64,000 nucleotides of DNA from Callorhinchus milii (GCF_018977255.1 NW_024704755.1:1860001-1924000), one strand, 5' to 3'. Numbered from the stretch's first letter, positions 12,483 to 25,817 are shown. Program-made: numbers and translations. Notes: generated from the sequence alone by a model not told the origin.

Positions 12483-13040
12483 GATTGCAGTTTATCTCCG
12501 ATGTCGCTTGCCAGCAGTGGGTTTAATGTGTTAAAATATGGAGTACGTCACTTGATTTGATATTGGTGTGTCAATCAAGTGTAGTCTTGGTGCAGCCTTG
12601 CTTTTCCACCCAAACCTTCTGACATGAGACATTACAACAAGTCGATCCAACACCACTTTGTTGGAGGCACCGTCTCAGCGCGGAGCTTTAAGGTTTCTTT
12701 CTTTCCCATTAATAAAGGAAATTGGATTGAATCGAAAATGAAGAGTTAGTTCTCTGTCCCCAAAGGGCCACCAGCCATTAGAAATATTGTTAAACCTTCA
12801 AAGTGCAGGAGAGAAAAGTGGATAAACGCCCCATTATGTCAGCAGCTGTTACCCCAGCACTAGACAGAGCACCATGCAGTGCAGCTGAATCGAATATTAA
12901 GCAGCATTTTGTGTTGATGATGTAGTCTTGATGTTGCACTAAACTGGCGTAACCCACCCAATATCAAATAAGTACCGTGCTCCATAATTTAACACACAAA
13001 CTCGCCACAGACGGGAAAAATGCACCAAGACTGTGTTCCG

Positions 13041-13290
13041 AATCATTGTCCCAATGATACGTGTTAAAAGTGTAGGTCTAGATATCGGGCAAGGACAGTG
13101 GAGGTTGGCTGTGGTTCACCTTTTAACATTCCCCCATCCCCCACCCCCTTCATCAATATCCTGCTGCCACTCACAGTCTAGACTCGTATGTAAAGAACGA
13201 CCCCTGGGGTGAGGTATCAGAGGCTGGCTGGCACCTGTGGAGTGACTCCCTAGCAAAAGGCGATGTCTTCAGGAAGACGGAAGGCATGGT
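13041..13290 (+). mobile_element. Ancient SINE 3' portion (AmnSINE2-like, from memory)
   Basis: ATCGGGCAAGGACAG...GGCTGTG...CCTGCTGCCACTCACAGTCTAGACTC...AAGAACGACC...GGTGAGGTATCAGAGG...CTTCAGGAAGA. Confidence 0.5.
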
Positions 13291-13769
13291 TAAGGAAAAG
13301 TCAATTTAAAATAAGTTATTAATACCTCGTAGCATTTTGAGATCATGGAGCTATTCAGTACACAGCGCAAGTTATTTGACACTTTAGAAGCAGGAACACA
13401 GACAGATGGGACACTTAGCAATAATTCCTTTCAGCCCGTGCGCTCGAGAGGAGTGGGGATACCATAGTGATTAAATCTCTTATAGCTGATAGGTAATTTT
13501 CGGAAAAAAAAGTCAGAAGTGCGGGCAAAAATATTGTTCCTCTCTCTATTTAGTGATTACATTGTATATTGGAAACTGCGAATTACGCATGCTAGAATTC
13601 CACAGCTTTGGTGAAAAACCTCTGTCCACCTACGCAGATTACAACAGCATAATTTAAAAACACTGATGGACAGCAGCTTTCCCGAAGGATAATAAAAAAC
13701 CTCGGAGGGAGTGACAGACTCCCTTGCCACATTCCTACTTTCCATGAATGATATGGAGCTGGGTACCTG

Positions 13770-14130
13770 CAGCAGACAAGTAGAAAAGAGATTGATAGTC
13801 TTCAGACGGAATTGGACCAATTAAGTAAATGGATTGAGAAACTGCAGATGGGTTTGAATGCGAATAAATGTAGCATTCAGGGGAAGGAAACAGTAAACAT
13901 GTGTACGCCACAAAAGGCTGTCCATCAACAGAGGTGGAAATGAAAAGGATAAAGCGTTTTGAGCGTGATCATTGATCATAGCCTGAAAGTGTCTAGTCAC
14001 TGCAAAGCAGTTGTCAACAAGGCAAATCGAGTGCTGGAATGCATTGGATTACAAGAGAGTCAATGTTAGGGAAGTCATGCATAGGCTAAGGAACAAACTG
14101 CCTTGATGGGTTGACTGACCCGTTTCCGTA
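13770..14130 (+). mobile_element. CR1 LINE ORF2 (RT C-terminal) remnant with deleted interior and 3' end
   Basis: Translates LQTELDQLSKWIEKLQMGLNANKCS and VIIDHSLKVSSHCKAVVNKANRVLECI, matching CR1 LQxDLxxLxxW...MxFNxxKC and KANxxLG motifs. Confidence 0.8.
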
Positions 14131-14444
14131 CCAGGCTTCAATCCTTGTAGACAATCTCCTGAATGTACGGTCAATTTTAAAATCATTCCTTTCTTGCTAA
14201 CCCTCCTGTTCCTCTACGCAATGGGTGGGATCGCTCTTGTAGACTTGTGCAAAAGGGTCTGTACAGTATATCTTTCGGTGCAAAAGGAAAAATCTTATAA
14301 AACTGCAAAACAGGACACCCACCAGTTATCAATCTCCATCATCCTATTTGAGGGAAGCACACATCCCAAGAATAGTTTCCACTCTGAAAACAAGCAATAC
14401 ACAGAGTAAGTTTAGAAAGAGGAAACAATAGTCTGAAATTTGAT

Positions 14445-14560
14445 TTTCGCCCACAAAACACACAGTCAATCCATTTTACAGTATATTCTGTGAAGCGCTT
14501 TGAGACGTCACAATGACGTAATAAGGCACTATATCAAATGCAAGAATTATTACTGTTATT
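14445..14560 (+). mobile_element. SINE A 3' fragment
   Basis: TTTCGCCCACAAAA...CAGTATATTCTGTGAAGCGCTTTGAGACGTC...TATCAAATGCAAGAATTATT. Confidence 0.8.
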
Positions 14561-16915
14561 AGTTTTGACTACAACGCAGCTGAATTCAAACCGGAATAAA
14601 AAGGTGGATACAAGTGGAGGAGATTTGCCTGCAATATTTACAATATTGTTCCAAGCCCGCTGTGAAAGGAACAAAATTCATTAAAAAAAATTCAAAGACC
14701 ACAATGGAGGACACCTTGAAATACAGAGGACTTTGCTCTAGACCAGAAATGAACCTTGCTGAACAAGCATTCCTCATACAGATTGCAATCATACGTTCAA
14801 CCAGTTCAGAGATGTGCCTTTTGCTAAATAAAGGTCATTTGTGGTGAATGATTCAAGGAATAGGGTCTTTTGAAGAATTGTACGCGCAGACACGCAAGTC
14901 TGTACACTCCGTTAGACAAGTTTAGCGTAACATCCACAGAGGCTATGCACAACAGAGCCACACCACAGAGAGACTCCTACCTATGGCATTTAATGTCTTT
15001 CGGTTTGATTGGAAGCCCTGAAACTCTGTATCAAAATGCAAAGGATTATTATTATTATAGTATTATTATAAGAAACGACGCGTTCTGCATTTCATTCCAC
15101 ATGTTGTCCCCCAGCAGACCATTCAATGTCATCGCTGTTACAGGCTAATGTGTTCACGGATCCGTGGAAAAACACAGGCAGCAAGTAATGGGTGACTGTT
15201 GCAAAATATAGTGCACTCAGGGTTAAACTTTCAACTGCAAATTGCTTTATCTCCTCAATGTGCTCGCACGGTTCCCATGCATTATGTCCCAGTGTAATGG
15301 AAAGAGGGGGAGGGGATTCTTCCCATCAATTGCTCCTACACAAGGACAGTAGCTGCCTCACTATATGGAATAAAAATTAACTTACATAGTGTGTTATTAC
15401 TGTGTGCTGAAGATGATTTTCCACAGTTCATCTCTCTCGCAAACAAAGCTGCTTACTGGACTGTGCAAGTGCTGGATTACATTCACACAACAATAACTCA
15501 CTTGTGCCCAACAAGTGGACTATTGATTTTTTTTCTCCCTTTTTTTTTATATAAAAAAAACTGAACCAGGGCTTTACAGAACAGAACAATACGGAGCGTA
15601 TTAAAAGCAGAAGAATACGGTGGAAAAAGATCCTTCTCATCAATAACCAGATGACCTCATGCCTTGCAGTGCGCCTATTTGTGCATTCACGTAGTCACAA
15701 TGTTTCGGGGGCGTTTAATGCGATGAAACTTTTACAACTACACTGCAGTTGATCTTTCTGGATTAAACAGAAGATTAAGTCTGGTGCCAGTGACATCCTA
15801 TCTTTGTGTAGTTGTCCCTGGAACAGACGGGTGCTTCATTCCACATTACAGAAGAAAAAAATTGTCAGCAGCACTTCGGAATTGTAACGGGTGCGTGACA
15901 AGAATGTTAATCTCAGGTCTGGGTCTCTCGCTCGCTCACTCCCACTACTTTTATTCCATTGCATTTATAACCCTTCAGAAGCTCTTCTCTTTTTATAGTG
16001 TAATGAAAGAGTGTCGTGTCCTTCCAATAAATCTTCCTCATTAATCCAAGTTTATACACCACACTGACTGCGCATTTACAGCTTATTTTTACTGTCCCAT
16101 TATCAGCTTAATCTGTCGTATTGTTCTTAACTGAAACATAATATGCAAAAATAACAGCAGCCCATCCCAGCAATTATTCATTCTGCGAATACACCTCATT
16201 AGTAACGAGAGACATGAACTGAAGGGGAGCGTTTCACTCATTCCCAGCGAGAGGAGACCCTTATTTAACCCGCATCTTATTTTAAAAGTCCATTGCTCCT
16301 ATTCACAGTTGGGTTTATCAAGTGCAGGTTACAAAGCGCTTTGTTTGCATGTCACCTGGAAGGAAATCAACAACAACAACAACTGGCAATCGTCATAAGA
16401 CCAAACCGTACAATGGAAGCTGGGCTGTTCCATCATATTAAGGGGACTGTAACGTCTCACCAAACTAATGATTAAATAGCAGATGAATCCATTATTACTC
16501 AATTAAACACAGCTAGTTTCGTGCAAGTGAAAAATTGGGCATCAGCAGTTCGTCGATGGGAATAACTAATGGTGTAATGAAAGTAATTTGTTCTTTAAGC
16601 AGCTGGTGTCTTTCTGTTTATTTGGGGGGTGGGGGATGGATGGTGCAAGCCATTGGCACATGGATTGAGACAGACAACTTGGGGAATATGGTGCGTGTTA
16701 AAGATTGCTTTTCGTTCAGTGTTACACTACCCCTCAGTTTACCATCAGCGAGTTGCCTTTCCCAATTTAACCAAACATGGTCTTAGCCTTAAGACCATGT
16801 TTACACTTACACCTTACACTTTAAGCTGGGGCAGAGTTTCCCTTTCTAGTTCCTTGTTCCACTATATGGTTGTGTAAGTTTGGACGAACTCCATGACAGG
16901 AGAGCCTGTGGAAGG

Positions 16916-17045
16916 TAATAATAATAATAATCCTTGCATTTGATATAGAGCTTTTCACGTCTTCGAGACGTTCTCAATGCGCTTCACAGAGCATACTGTA
17001 AAGTGAATTGACTGTATATTTGTGAGTGAAACACAGCAGCCAATT
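16916..17045 (-). mobile_element. SINE 3' fragment
   Basis: taataataataataatccttgcatttgatatag...gcgcttcacagagcatactgtaaagtgaattgactg. Confidence 0.85.
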
Positions 17046-17589
17046 ACTGTATTGTACCAGGTTTGATGGGCCTCTGTGGTTTCGGACATTCTCTTTTTCT
17101 CTACGTTTCTTTTCTGACTTCCTTTTCCTTTGTGTTTATTGTCTTTGTGCATAACACGGAGAAAGTGCTCAAAAGAAAAGAGTCTGGTTGTGCTAACATC
17201 TTTCCATAAGAGGACCGTGTCCACAAAGATGGCTGTTAACCCTCTCCTGGCTTGGAGAGAATCACAGAACAGCATTGATGACACTCAGCAGCTGAAATAT
17301 TCCCACCTCCCGCAGCTGGAAGAGAAAGTAGGGCGGGCAAGTTTCCTGGACGTATGAAGAAGGCAATAAAGTTTTGGAAGGAGATCTCATTTGCGTACAT
17401 CGGTGTATGCTAGATGTTGCAAGTTGCAAGGTACCACTTTGACATTAAACTTAAGACAACTTTCAGGAATCTTATTGATGCTGGATTCAACGTTGAGCGC
17501 TGTGTGTTCGCAGAGAACGTCCTGCACATTCTTGGTATAACATTTGAAGCAGAAAAGTGAATTCTGGCAGCTATTATATTATTTTGCTC

Positions 17590-17682
17590 CATATAGGAGC
17601 ATAGGAACAGGAGGAGGCCATTCAGCCCCTCAAACCTGTTCCACCATTCGATTAGATTATGGCTGATCTGGACCTCAAGTCC
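17590..17682 (-). mobile_element. CR1-type 3' end
   Basis: ATAGGAGCATAGGAACAGGAGGAGGCCATTCAGCCCCTCAAACCTGTTCCACCATTC...GGCTGATCTG (8-bp terminal repeat typical of CR1 tails). Confidence 0.8.
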
Positions 17683-18108
17683 ATATATATATACAAAATA
17701 TGAAATATATATAAATATAATAAATATGAAACATGTGTTTCTCAAGCGGTCAGCTGCTGTGATAATTTTCTCCGCCCTCCTAACACGGTTTTCTTTGTTC
17801 CAAGTAAAAAAAAATCCATTGCTCCTCACCAGTAGCTGATGATTTTTGACACGAACAAGTGCAAAAGATTTCTGCACATCCGAGTCAATGTTTTAATACT
17901 AACTCTGTGTCATCAGCATTTCGCTTCTTCTCCTGAGGTCACATGCAAGCGAGGACAAATGTCACCCAATTAAGCCAATGAAAATGTTATTTTACCAAAG
18001 GGCTATTGGAATTGTTAAGTTTTACCGCAAAAAAAAGGAAATGGAAAAATTCATTGAAATTACGCTCCCGATTTATTGCCTATTCAAGGTTTTTAATTAT
18101 TGTATTTG

Positions 18109-18190
18109 ATAATAATAACCTTACATTTGACATAGTGCCTTATCACGTCTTTGAGAAGTGTCAAAGTTCTTCACAGAACACACTGTAAAT
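18109..18190 (-). mobile_element. SINE A 3' tail fragment
   Basis: aataataaccttacatttgacatagtgccttatcacgtc. Confidence 0.7.
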
Positions 18191-19506
18191 TTATTTATTT
18201 AGATCAGAAAATACTGCATTAAGACACTGGAGTAGAATGACTAATACACTGAATACATTATTAAAAAAAAATCTAAATCCTCTATTACAGAACTCCTTCA
18301 GTAGTTAGAAAATCCATGACTGGCTCAACGCGACCCTTTTAAATCTCATTGACTAAAATCTTCATGGCTAATTCATGAACCGCAGCCTGGAGATTTACTG
18401 CACGGTGGCAGGACAAGTATCAGCGGTGCCTTTGTGATCGCCTTGTAGAGCATAAAGGGGGAAATTGTGCAAATATTGCAAATATCTATTCGCTACCAGC
18501 AATGTAGTACAGGAGTTTATTGCGAAAAAGGGAGACCAGATTGATCATCCAGTGCTCTGTGTAAAACCATAAGCTGTATATAATCAACTGTTCTAACAGA
18601 TTCTTTGCTTCGTTCTGCAATCGAAGTAGTTGCCTGGTCTGCAACTGATTGCATTAATCTATGAAGCACAGCCTAGTGCAGTTGCAGAGGGAGTAACCTC
18701 GGTGCCTGCAGTCATGCCCCTGGGTTATTATTCTCTACTTTCCTCTCAGCCCATTGGGAGAAGTGTATGGGCATGACCGTTGCATTCAGAGCGCTGAATA
18801 GCTGGGATATGCGTGGATTGAATCACAACGTTCCGTCTGAACGAGAGCCATCAGTCATGGTGAGTTGCGACTCATGGCAGTATAAACAAGGCAGAAATGA
18901 TAGTCAATAAAATCACAATTAGGTGCACTGGAGGTCAGCTTCCCCTGTGTTCACAATCAACAGAATCAATAGGCAACAGTCTCGAAATTTCTCTCCTCTT
19001 GCTTTCATTCTCATTTTTTTTCAGCTGAATCTCCTATTAGTGCAAAAAAAAGCCCAATTACTCCCGGTGTCACCACAGGATAGCTGGCTAAAAGCTGCCA
19101 AATTAGTAAGTGTTAGTTCTCGACAATGAAATACAATCAAGTGGGCGAATTCAACAAGTCTGCGCACGTGCCAAAGGGGAAGCTTTACTAGTTTCTTGCC
19201 GGAATGATAGAGCTGTATCTCAAGCTTCATCCAAATGATATGTACAGCCATGTGGATGAACGGCAATCGCCATCTAAATTAATACCATAAATTCAGCTAA
19301 TCTTTACGTAAAAAGTGCACAATTAAATTTACAGTACTTAGATGTGATCACACATTTCTATTAAATTGATTTCCTCACCAACAATTTGTCCCGAAATATT
19401 GACTGGATTTAATTAAAGGTCATTGTTTGTCAAGTCGCTCGACCAATACATTTTCTAGTTGATGAAATTGTGGAGCTCCAGAGATCTCATTTTCCTTTGC
19501 TTACAG

Positions 19507-19640
19507 GTTGTTGACAATAATAATGTTCTGTTGAACGAGCGAAGTGATGCTTCCATCAGTAGACCACGCAGTAAAAGTCGCATGTTCCGTATAAATAACC
19601 TCTTCAGCTTAAACACTGTGTTCCACCTAATCAGCCGCAG
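19507..19640 (+). other. Candidate plus-strand exon (coding or lncRNA)
   Basis: CTCATTTTCCTTTGCTTACAG| ... CCGCAG|GTATGT; 134 nt, open in phase 0; no recognisable homology. Confidence 0.3.
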
Positions 19641-19909
19641 GTATGTGGCAACACCTTTTGTTGCATCAAACACATTTGTCCCATTCATCGGCCATTTCAC
19701 AATAGACCGTTAATCATTTTACTTTATAGACTTTTAATTGGAACGGAAGATTTTTTTCACAAAGATTAAATCGCTCAACGCCTTTTATCTCGCTGTCGTT
19801 TTATAATTCGGTAGAAATAATCTAAGGCATGTAGCGCACTTCTGTTGCACAGACAGCGGCAGGTTGCTTTGGGCTGGAGACTGCTGAAGGTCTCTGTTCG
19901 CTGCCCGAT

Positions 19910-20060
19910 GTGGCTTTGGGCGTAACCAGCACTTGGCTCAACAACCCCAGAACAGATGATCCCAAATGGAATCCCTGGTCTGGGCTCAGTTAGCAGATCC
20001 CACTCAACCCGGTAGTTTGGTACGTGCTACGATTTAGGATCTGTGGCCTGGGCAAGGTGA
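19910..20060 (+). mobile_element. Ancient tRNA-SINE 5' fragment (AmnSINE2-like, from memory)
   Basis: ATCCCTGGTCTGGGCTCAGTTAGCAGATC...GTGCTACGATT...CCTGGGC. Confidence 0.5.
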
Positions 20061-21222
20061 CAACAACAACAACTTGCTTGTATATAGTCCCCTCCCCTCA
20101 CGCAGGGTAATGTCCCAGAGCCCCCCCCACCCCCACTCCCATTCCCCCAAAGAAAAGCGTAATTATGGAGACGCAACTTTTCCACTGGATTTTTTAATTA
20201 ATAGAGTCCACATATTTTCACAGAGACGGTAGATTTTACCAACTACATTCTTGCTTCTTATCACTATCCAGTTAGTCTTTGTTGGAAACTGCGCATGTGT
20301 GGACATTGAGTGGGGAAGAGGTTGAGGTTCTGATGTGATTTGAGCTCATTGTGACGTCCTCCCAACATGAAATGTGCTATAATAAATGTCATTTGTATTA
20401 TAATTTGTATTGTACCTGCTGTGGTTAAAAAACCCCGCCATCGCAGACTGTCTGGGTGAGAATTAAGGGGGGGGGGGGGGGATGAGGGATACTGGCTGCT
20501 GACATCAACGGAACGTAGACCCCTCAGGAATGGGGCAGGTAATTAGTAAAAATACATATATATAAAAATATATTATATATAAAAAATCATAGTTAAAATG
20601 ATCTTGTGCCTTGGATGAATGTACCCATTTGAGAGGAATTTGCACAACGGAGGGGTAGGGGATAAGAGGAATGCTAGAGTAGTGCATCCAACACCACATT
20701 CACGTCGACCATAGTCTGTTCAGACAGATCTTTTTTTCTCTCCTCTTTCCTCAGTCTCCGACCGAGTCCTTTCTGTGTTTTAGCAGATACTCAGGGGAAT
20801 AAAACTAATGAGCTGCCACTTATCCAGGGACTGGTACTTACCCTTACGCTAGAGTTCCCCTTTGGAAGGACTTTGCAACTGAATGATTCAGTTAATAGAA
20901 ATTAATACAATGGGTACAGACAGAAAATGGTTTAGGAGTTTCAATTTCTGCTCACTTAACAGAACATTCAATGATCAGGTATTCACTTAAACTGAGAGGA
21001 CTAGGGTTACAACGAGCCTGACGTTTCTAATCCTCCAGGCTGGCCAGATTTTACGGCAACTCAGAGCTCATCATTTTCTCCATTCCCTCCTCTCCTTCCC
21101 CTCTCCATCTCCCCACCCCCCACCCGTACACCATTGTTCTCTATCGTTGTCCTCGGCACGATCCACTCAGCTATTCAGCAAGTCGACATGGTCAGACGGC
21201 ACTGCATTAGATACGGTGGTGT

Positions 21223-21470
21223 TGGCTTGGCTCAATTGGTAGCACACTTTACTTCTGGATCGCACAGACCAGGTCGACACTCTATTGTGCTACTGGGGGG
21301 TTGGGCATTGCCCTGTCGGAGATTCTGTGGTTCAAATGAGACGTCCGCCTGTTCAGGTGGACATTGTTTGAGGGATAAATACGTTTCTCTCGGTGTCCTG
21401 GCCAAGAGAACCTCCAGTTTAATTGGTTATTCACCCCATGACTGTTTACGAGATGGGCATTTGAGGTGTA
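21223..21470 (+). mobile_element. DeuSINE-like element (family C), degraded
   Basis: TGGCTCAATTGGTAGCACAC...CCCTGTCGGAG...AATGAGACGT...TCAGGTGGAC...CGGTGTCCTGGCCAA. Confidence 0.65.
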
Positions 21471-22079
21471 TATAAACAGAGTTGATCAGGGAGGCTGGCA
21501 AGTTCAACGGTTGGAACAAGGGGAGAGGAAGCAATGGAGGACATTTGTGGATTAACTTGCGAAGCTGCCAAATTGCATTTGACTGCGTGCATCTTTCAGA
21601 TCCACACCACTGTGATTTTGGTCCTTCACAATCCACAAAGATCTCACAGCATCACACCCACTTCCTAACGGCTTACATACTAACATACAACAACATAATT
21701 GGGCCCACTGCTCAGCCTTTGCATTTTGAATAAACTGCAAGTCCTCCTCTTATTGAATGCCAATAATTTCTAACAGTATCATATCCTCTCCTGGTATGCA
21801 GGCAATCTGCCATTAAGTTAGGGAGCAGAACATTCTGGCATTGAGATGTCTGTTTATCTGTCCGCCCCACAGGGCTGAATACACCCTCAAACTACAAGCT
21901 GCAGTACTGTACTGTACTCCCCTAAGTCTCGCACTGAATAGTCTAAATCATAACTTGTTAAACCTACAGTCAATTTGGGGTGGAAACTAAAAACAAAGGT
22001 CGTCAATCGGGGAATCGGAAGGATACAGTACAGATTTTACATTCCTACTGCGTTAGATCACGAGAGAGGTACAGACAGA

Positions 22080-22240
22080 GAATATCCCTTGCCCCATTTG
22101 ATCTCATCCTTGCAGAATCCCCACCCTATATTTCATTACAATATCAGCGTTTTCTTGAAAAGAGTCCATAATCTTGGCTGTACCATGCTTCCTGGCAACC
22201 AGTTCCAATTGTTAACGATCTTGTGTGTAAAGTAGCAGGT
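22080..22240 (-). mobile_element. CR1 LINE ORF2 end remnant
   Basis: rc translates YFTHKIVNNWNWLPGSMV (CR1 FFTxRVVxxWNxLP motif). Confidence 0.65.
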
Positions 22241-22839
22241 GTCTGTCTTATCATTGCCACTTCATCACACCCCTGAACTCTCCTCTTACCATATGCCATC
22301 TTCCAAACCAAACCAAATAATCTATAAACGTTTCGGGTCCCCGACCTTCGTCAGATATCTATTGTCCTGACTTTTACTTTAATGCACATTACCATATCTG
22401 TCGCAGTATATCTGATTAAACTACATTTGTACTGTAGTCAAGTGCAATGTATTTGATGCGTGGATCAGGTACTCGTCAGAATGCGGCAGCGTTATCTGTG
22501 ACCAGAGAGTATCGCAGTAAAATCCAGAGGAAAGCTCTCTGGTTTAATGGACAGATTTCATGAGGTAAGTTCTTAGTATCCTGAATCACACTGAAAACCA
22601 AACTGAGAGTGGAATGAAGCTTGCTGTTGGTTTTCAGATTTTAGTCAAATGTACGGAAATGATGATAACACAATCGCACATTTCTGGGAAAAAGCTTCAG
22701 CTGCAGAACAGCGTCGCTTTGAGCGTTTCCACACACTTGGCTATAAAACACGGTCCCCGCAAAATAACTGGCTTTCTACAAGCTTAGTGTTGGGATGAAA
22801 TCGAGAGGGGCATTCCTTTAAAACATTCCCTGCCAGCAT

Positions 22840-22940
22840 TTTCTGTGAAGCGCTTTGTGACGTCTCGAAGACATGATAATGCGCTGTATCAAATGCAAGG
22901 ATTGTTATCATATCAAATGCAAGGATTATTATTATTATTA
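22840..22940 (+). mobile_element. SINE A tail with duplicated terminal segment
   Basis: TATCAAATGCAAGGATT occurs twice before (ATT)n. Confidence 0.8.
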
Positions 22941-24329
22941 TAGCAATCCTTCATAGCACTTACACAGATTGTCCCAGAAAGAGGCATTTTTCTAAGAATG
23001 CTACGTTATCTAACCTTTCTCTCAAAGAGCAGCTATCTTTCATCAGAGATCTGCCAAGACAAAATATGTGCCTCACAGACACACACACGCACACACAGTG
23101 TAGACTTCAATCCAACACGACATGGGTGCAAAAATGTAATGTGTATTAAAGGTTGAGAAAGTACAGCAGGAAACCGATAAAGAATATCCACTGCTGTGCA
23201 GACAATACCTTTATCACTCTCTGGTGGGCTTGTAACTAAAAACACTTTCCATATTTCTCATTTGTGCTGAATTATAGGCAGTTTGGTGCTGTGGATTTGC
23301 ACCCATTAAAAACTACATCGAGACTGCCCAAAAGAACTGTCTTCACACAGGAACTTTTAAGGCTGACAGAGATTTTCATGGAGTGCCCATTTGCTGATGA
23401 CAGATCACAGCCCCCACTCCCATGCCTAATATACAGCAAATCTGATGCACAGGAAACTCAATGTCAATCACATCCTCTCATGAGGCTCTGTGTTAATTTG
23501 CCCGTGAAAATAGAAATTGTATTTCGCGAGAAGGCAATGAGAAGGTTAGGCTGAAGGGAAAATATCTCTGCTGGATTCTGAAATAACCCCCATCGGAACA
23601 CTCTGCACAATAACCAAAATCTCTGGAAGGATTATATATTGTCTTTATACACCCCACGGGATGTAAACTTTTTGGAAACTCCCCCACCCCCCCCCCAACC
23701 CCCCGCCGACGTGATGGTGGTCTGCAGGAAATCCAGATCAAATTCAGGCCAAACTGGTGTAGCTAATTTGTGCGCACGTGTGTGTGTGTTCATTCCTAAA
23801 CTTCTCAATGATTAAAGACTAGGTTTCGTTTACGTTTACATCTCTTTTCTCTGACGTCATAATTATTACCGATGATAATCATCACACGTCTCGGACAGCA
23901 TTGATCACCCCAGCAGAAGACAGCGAATACACACACAATCACACACACACAAGCACATCTACATGGATGCACAGGCACGCACACACGCGCACAGACAGAC
24001 AGAGATAGTTCAGGAGCCCGTTTTTATTCTGCGGTCTGTGCTTCCTGCTACGACTGCAAGTACCGAGGATCTCCAGTCCCTTTGTTCCCACAGAATTTCT
24101 TGCTTTTATTCTGGTTGGAACCACATCCCCAATTCAAACAAGGCTTCACATCGTCAATACTTTTGAAAACAGTTTATTTGAATCCGGCCTTATTTATCCA
24201 GCTGGTTCCCTGGTGTGGTTTCGCATGAGCTGATCTGTGAAAAAAGCTCAACCTTTCTTTTCATGTGGTGGAGAAAGAAAAAATCCCTCTTCTTCACCTG
24301 GCCCAACAGAACAAACAGGGCGACATCTA

Positions 24330-24778
24330 TTTCAGGTCGTTATGAAACAAAGGATGTGGTTGGGAATTTTTTTTTACCCAGAGCCATTTTAAGGACATTA
24401 ACAAATAGTGGTTAAGTGGAATCTAGAATAATTATTAAAAGGGAATTGGACAAATTAGTTGACAAAGACAATTAAAAAGGTCGAGCTCTGCGGTGGCCAA
24501 TCTTTATGGTCGACCCAACAAAATAAATGTTCTCGATTCCCACCGTAAATCAAGAAATATTCAATCAAGAAAAACCTGGAAATACACTAATGATCGACAC
24601 GGCCTTTCCTAGACTAGTGTGAATGTTCAGTGGGTGGGGGGCGGGGAGGGCACTTCTTGATAGCCCCGTGGACTAGAAGTGGCACGCGGCCCACAGTTTG
24701 GCCAGCACTGGTCAAAGCTCTTTTAGAGAGCAGTCAAGGGCTGAATGGCCTCCTTCTTTGCTGTAAAATTCTCTGATT
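24330..24778 (+). mobile_element. CR1 3' remnant interrupted by a probable hAT-type MITE (about 24489-24710)
   Basis: CR1-like AAAAGGGAATTGGACAAAT, then tail AAGGGCTGAATGGCCTCCTTCT; insert bounded by CTGCGGTGGCCAA and TTGGCCAGCACTG. Confidence 0.45.
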
Positions 24779-25817
24779 TTATATCCACTTTGTACTCAAC
24801 CTGCTTCGCTGGACCCTAGGAGAATTAAGTAGAAATGAAGGCAAATTTTAACAATTCATTGTTTCGCTGTATGCAACATCGAGAATAAATCTGTCAGAAA
24901 ATTTTCTTGGAATCAATTTTATATGATTTCCCGCATAAGAAATTTCCATATCATCTTGAAATCCTCATAAATAAATGACAACGCTTAAAGTAACCACCGA
25001 AAAGACACACAAATTTGTGTCTGAATGCGATTCAGCAGAATGCAATTTAATATTCCTTTTAAAAAGGCGCACTGAGTTTAAAAATAAAATGAAGGGTTTA
25101 GTCTTCTAATATCTGACACTAAGTCATTTAATTCTTTAAAACATGACTGAAAAATATATTCGCCGTACATTTTAAACTAAATTAAGTTTGATTTCTTTTA
25201 ATAGCAGATTTTTTGATGGGAGAGGAAGAATTGATTATACCTTTTACCAGAAACGTTATCATAGAAATTGGGGCAAAGCACATACTTTATTTGAAATGGA
25301 TTTTCACAAATGAAAAAAAATTATAATGAAACTTAATTACTGGTATTACATGCAGAAAGGTTACCCGCAAGGAATTCATTGCTGAAAGAATTTAAGCTCT
25401 CTTCAGACACGGAAACGTCTCTGTACAATTGATATCATTTTTGTCGGGCAATGAAACATGTCCCCTTGAAAAGTCTTACATCCACTGACTTGTAGGTACA
25501 GTGATTCTTCAATACATTTCTCAGAATCCCTTTCATTTTACTTCCCTCGCTCTTGTTCCTAAAACATGTCTTCTCTTGATTAATTAGTGTATGTCTTAGA
25601 GAAACTACTTCAGTGGCGAGTTCGAGAGCATTTGCAAATAGCTTGCAAATTCACACTGAACCCTGCAGTTGTATTTCTGCATTAAAACAAAAAGCATCAA
25701 TAAAGTTTAGCTTTATTATAATAATAAAAATAATAATTATTATGAAGTTAAACTCCATTGATGCTTTTTGTTAATATTTTTATAATAATAATTTAATAAT
25801 ATAACTTATTATTATTA

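Noticed and set aside
20841-20877. 37-nt minus-strand micro-exon candidate with a GTAAGT donor
   Set aside because: Poor acceptor and no supporting homology
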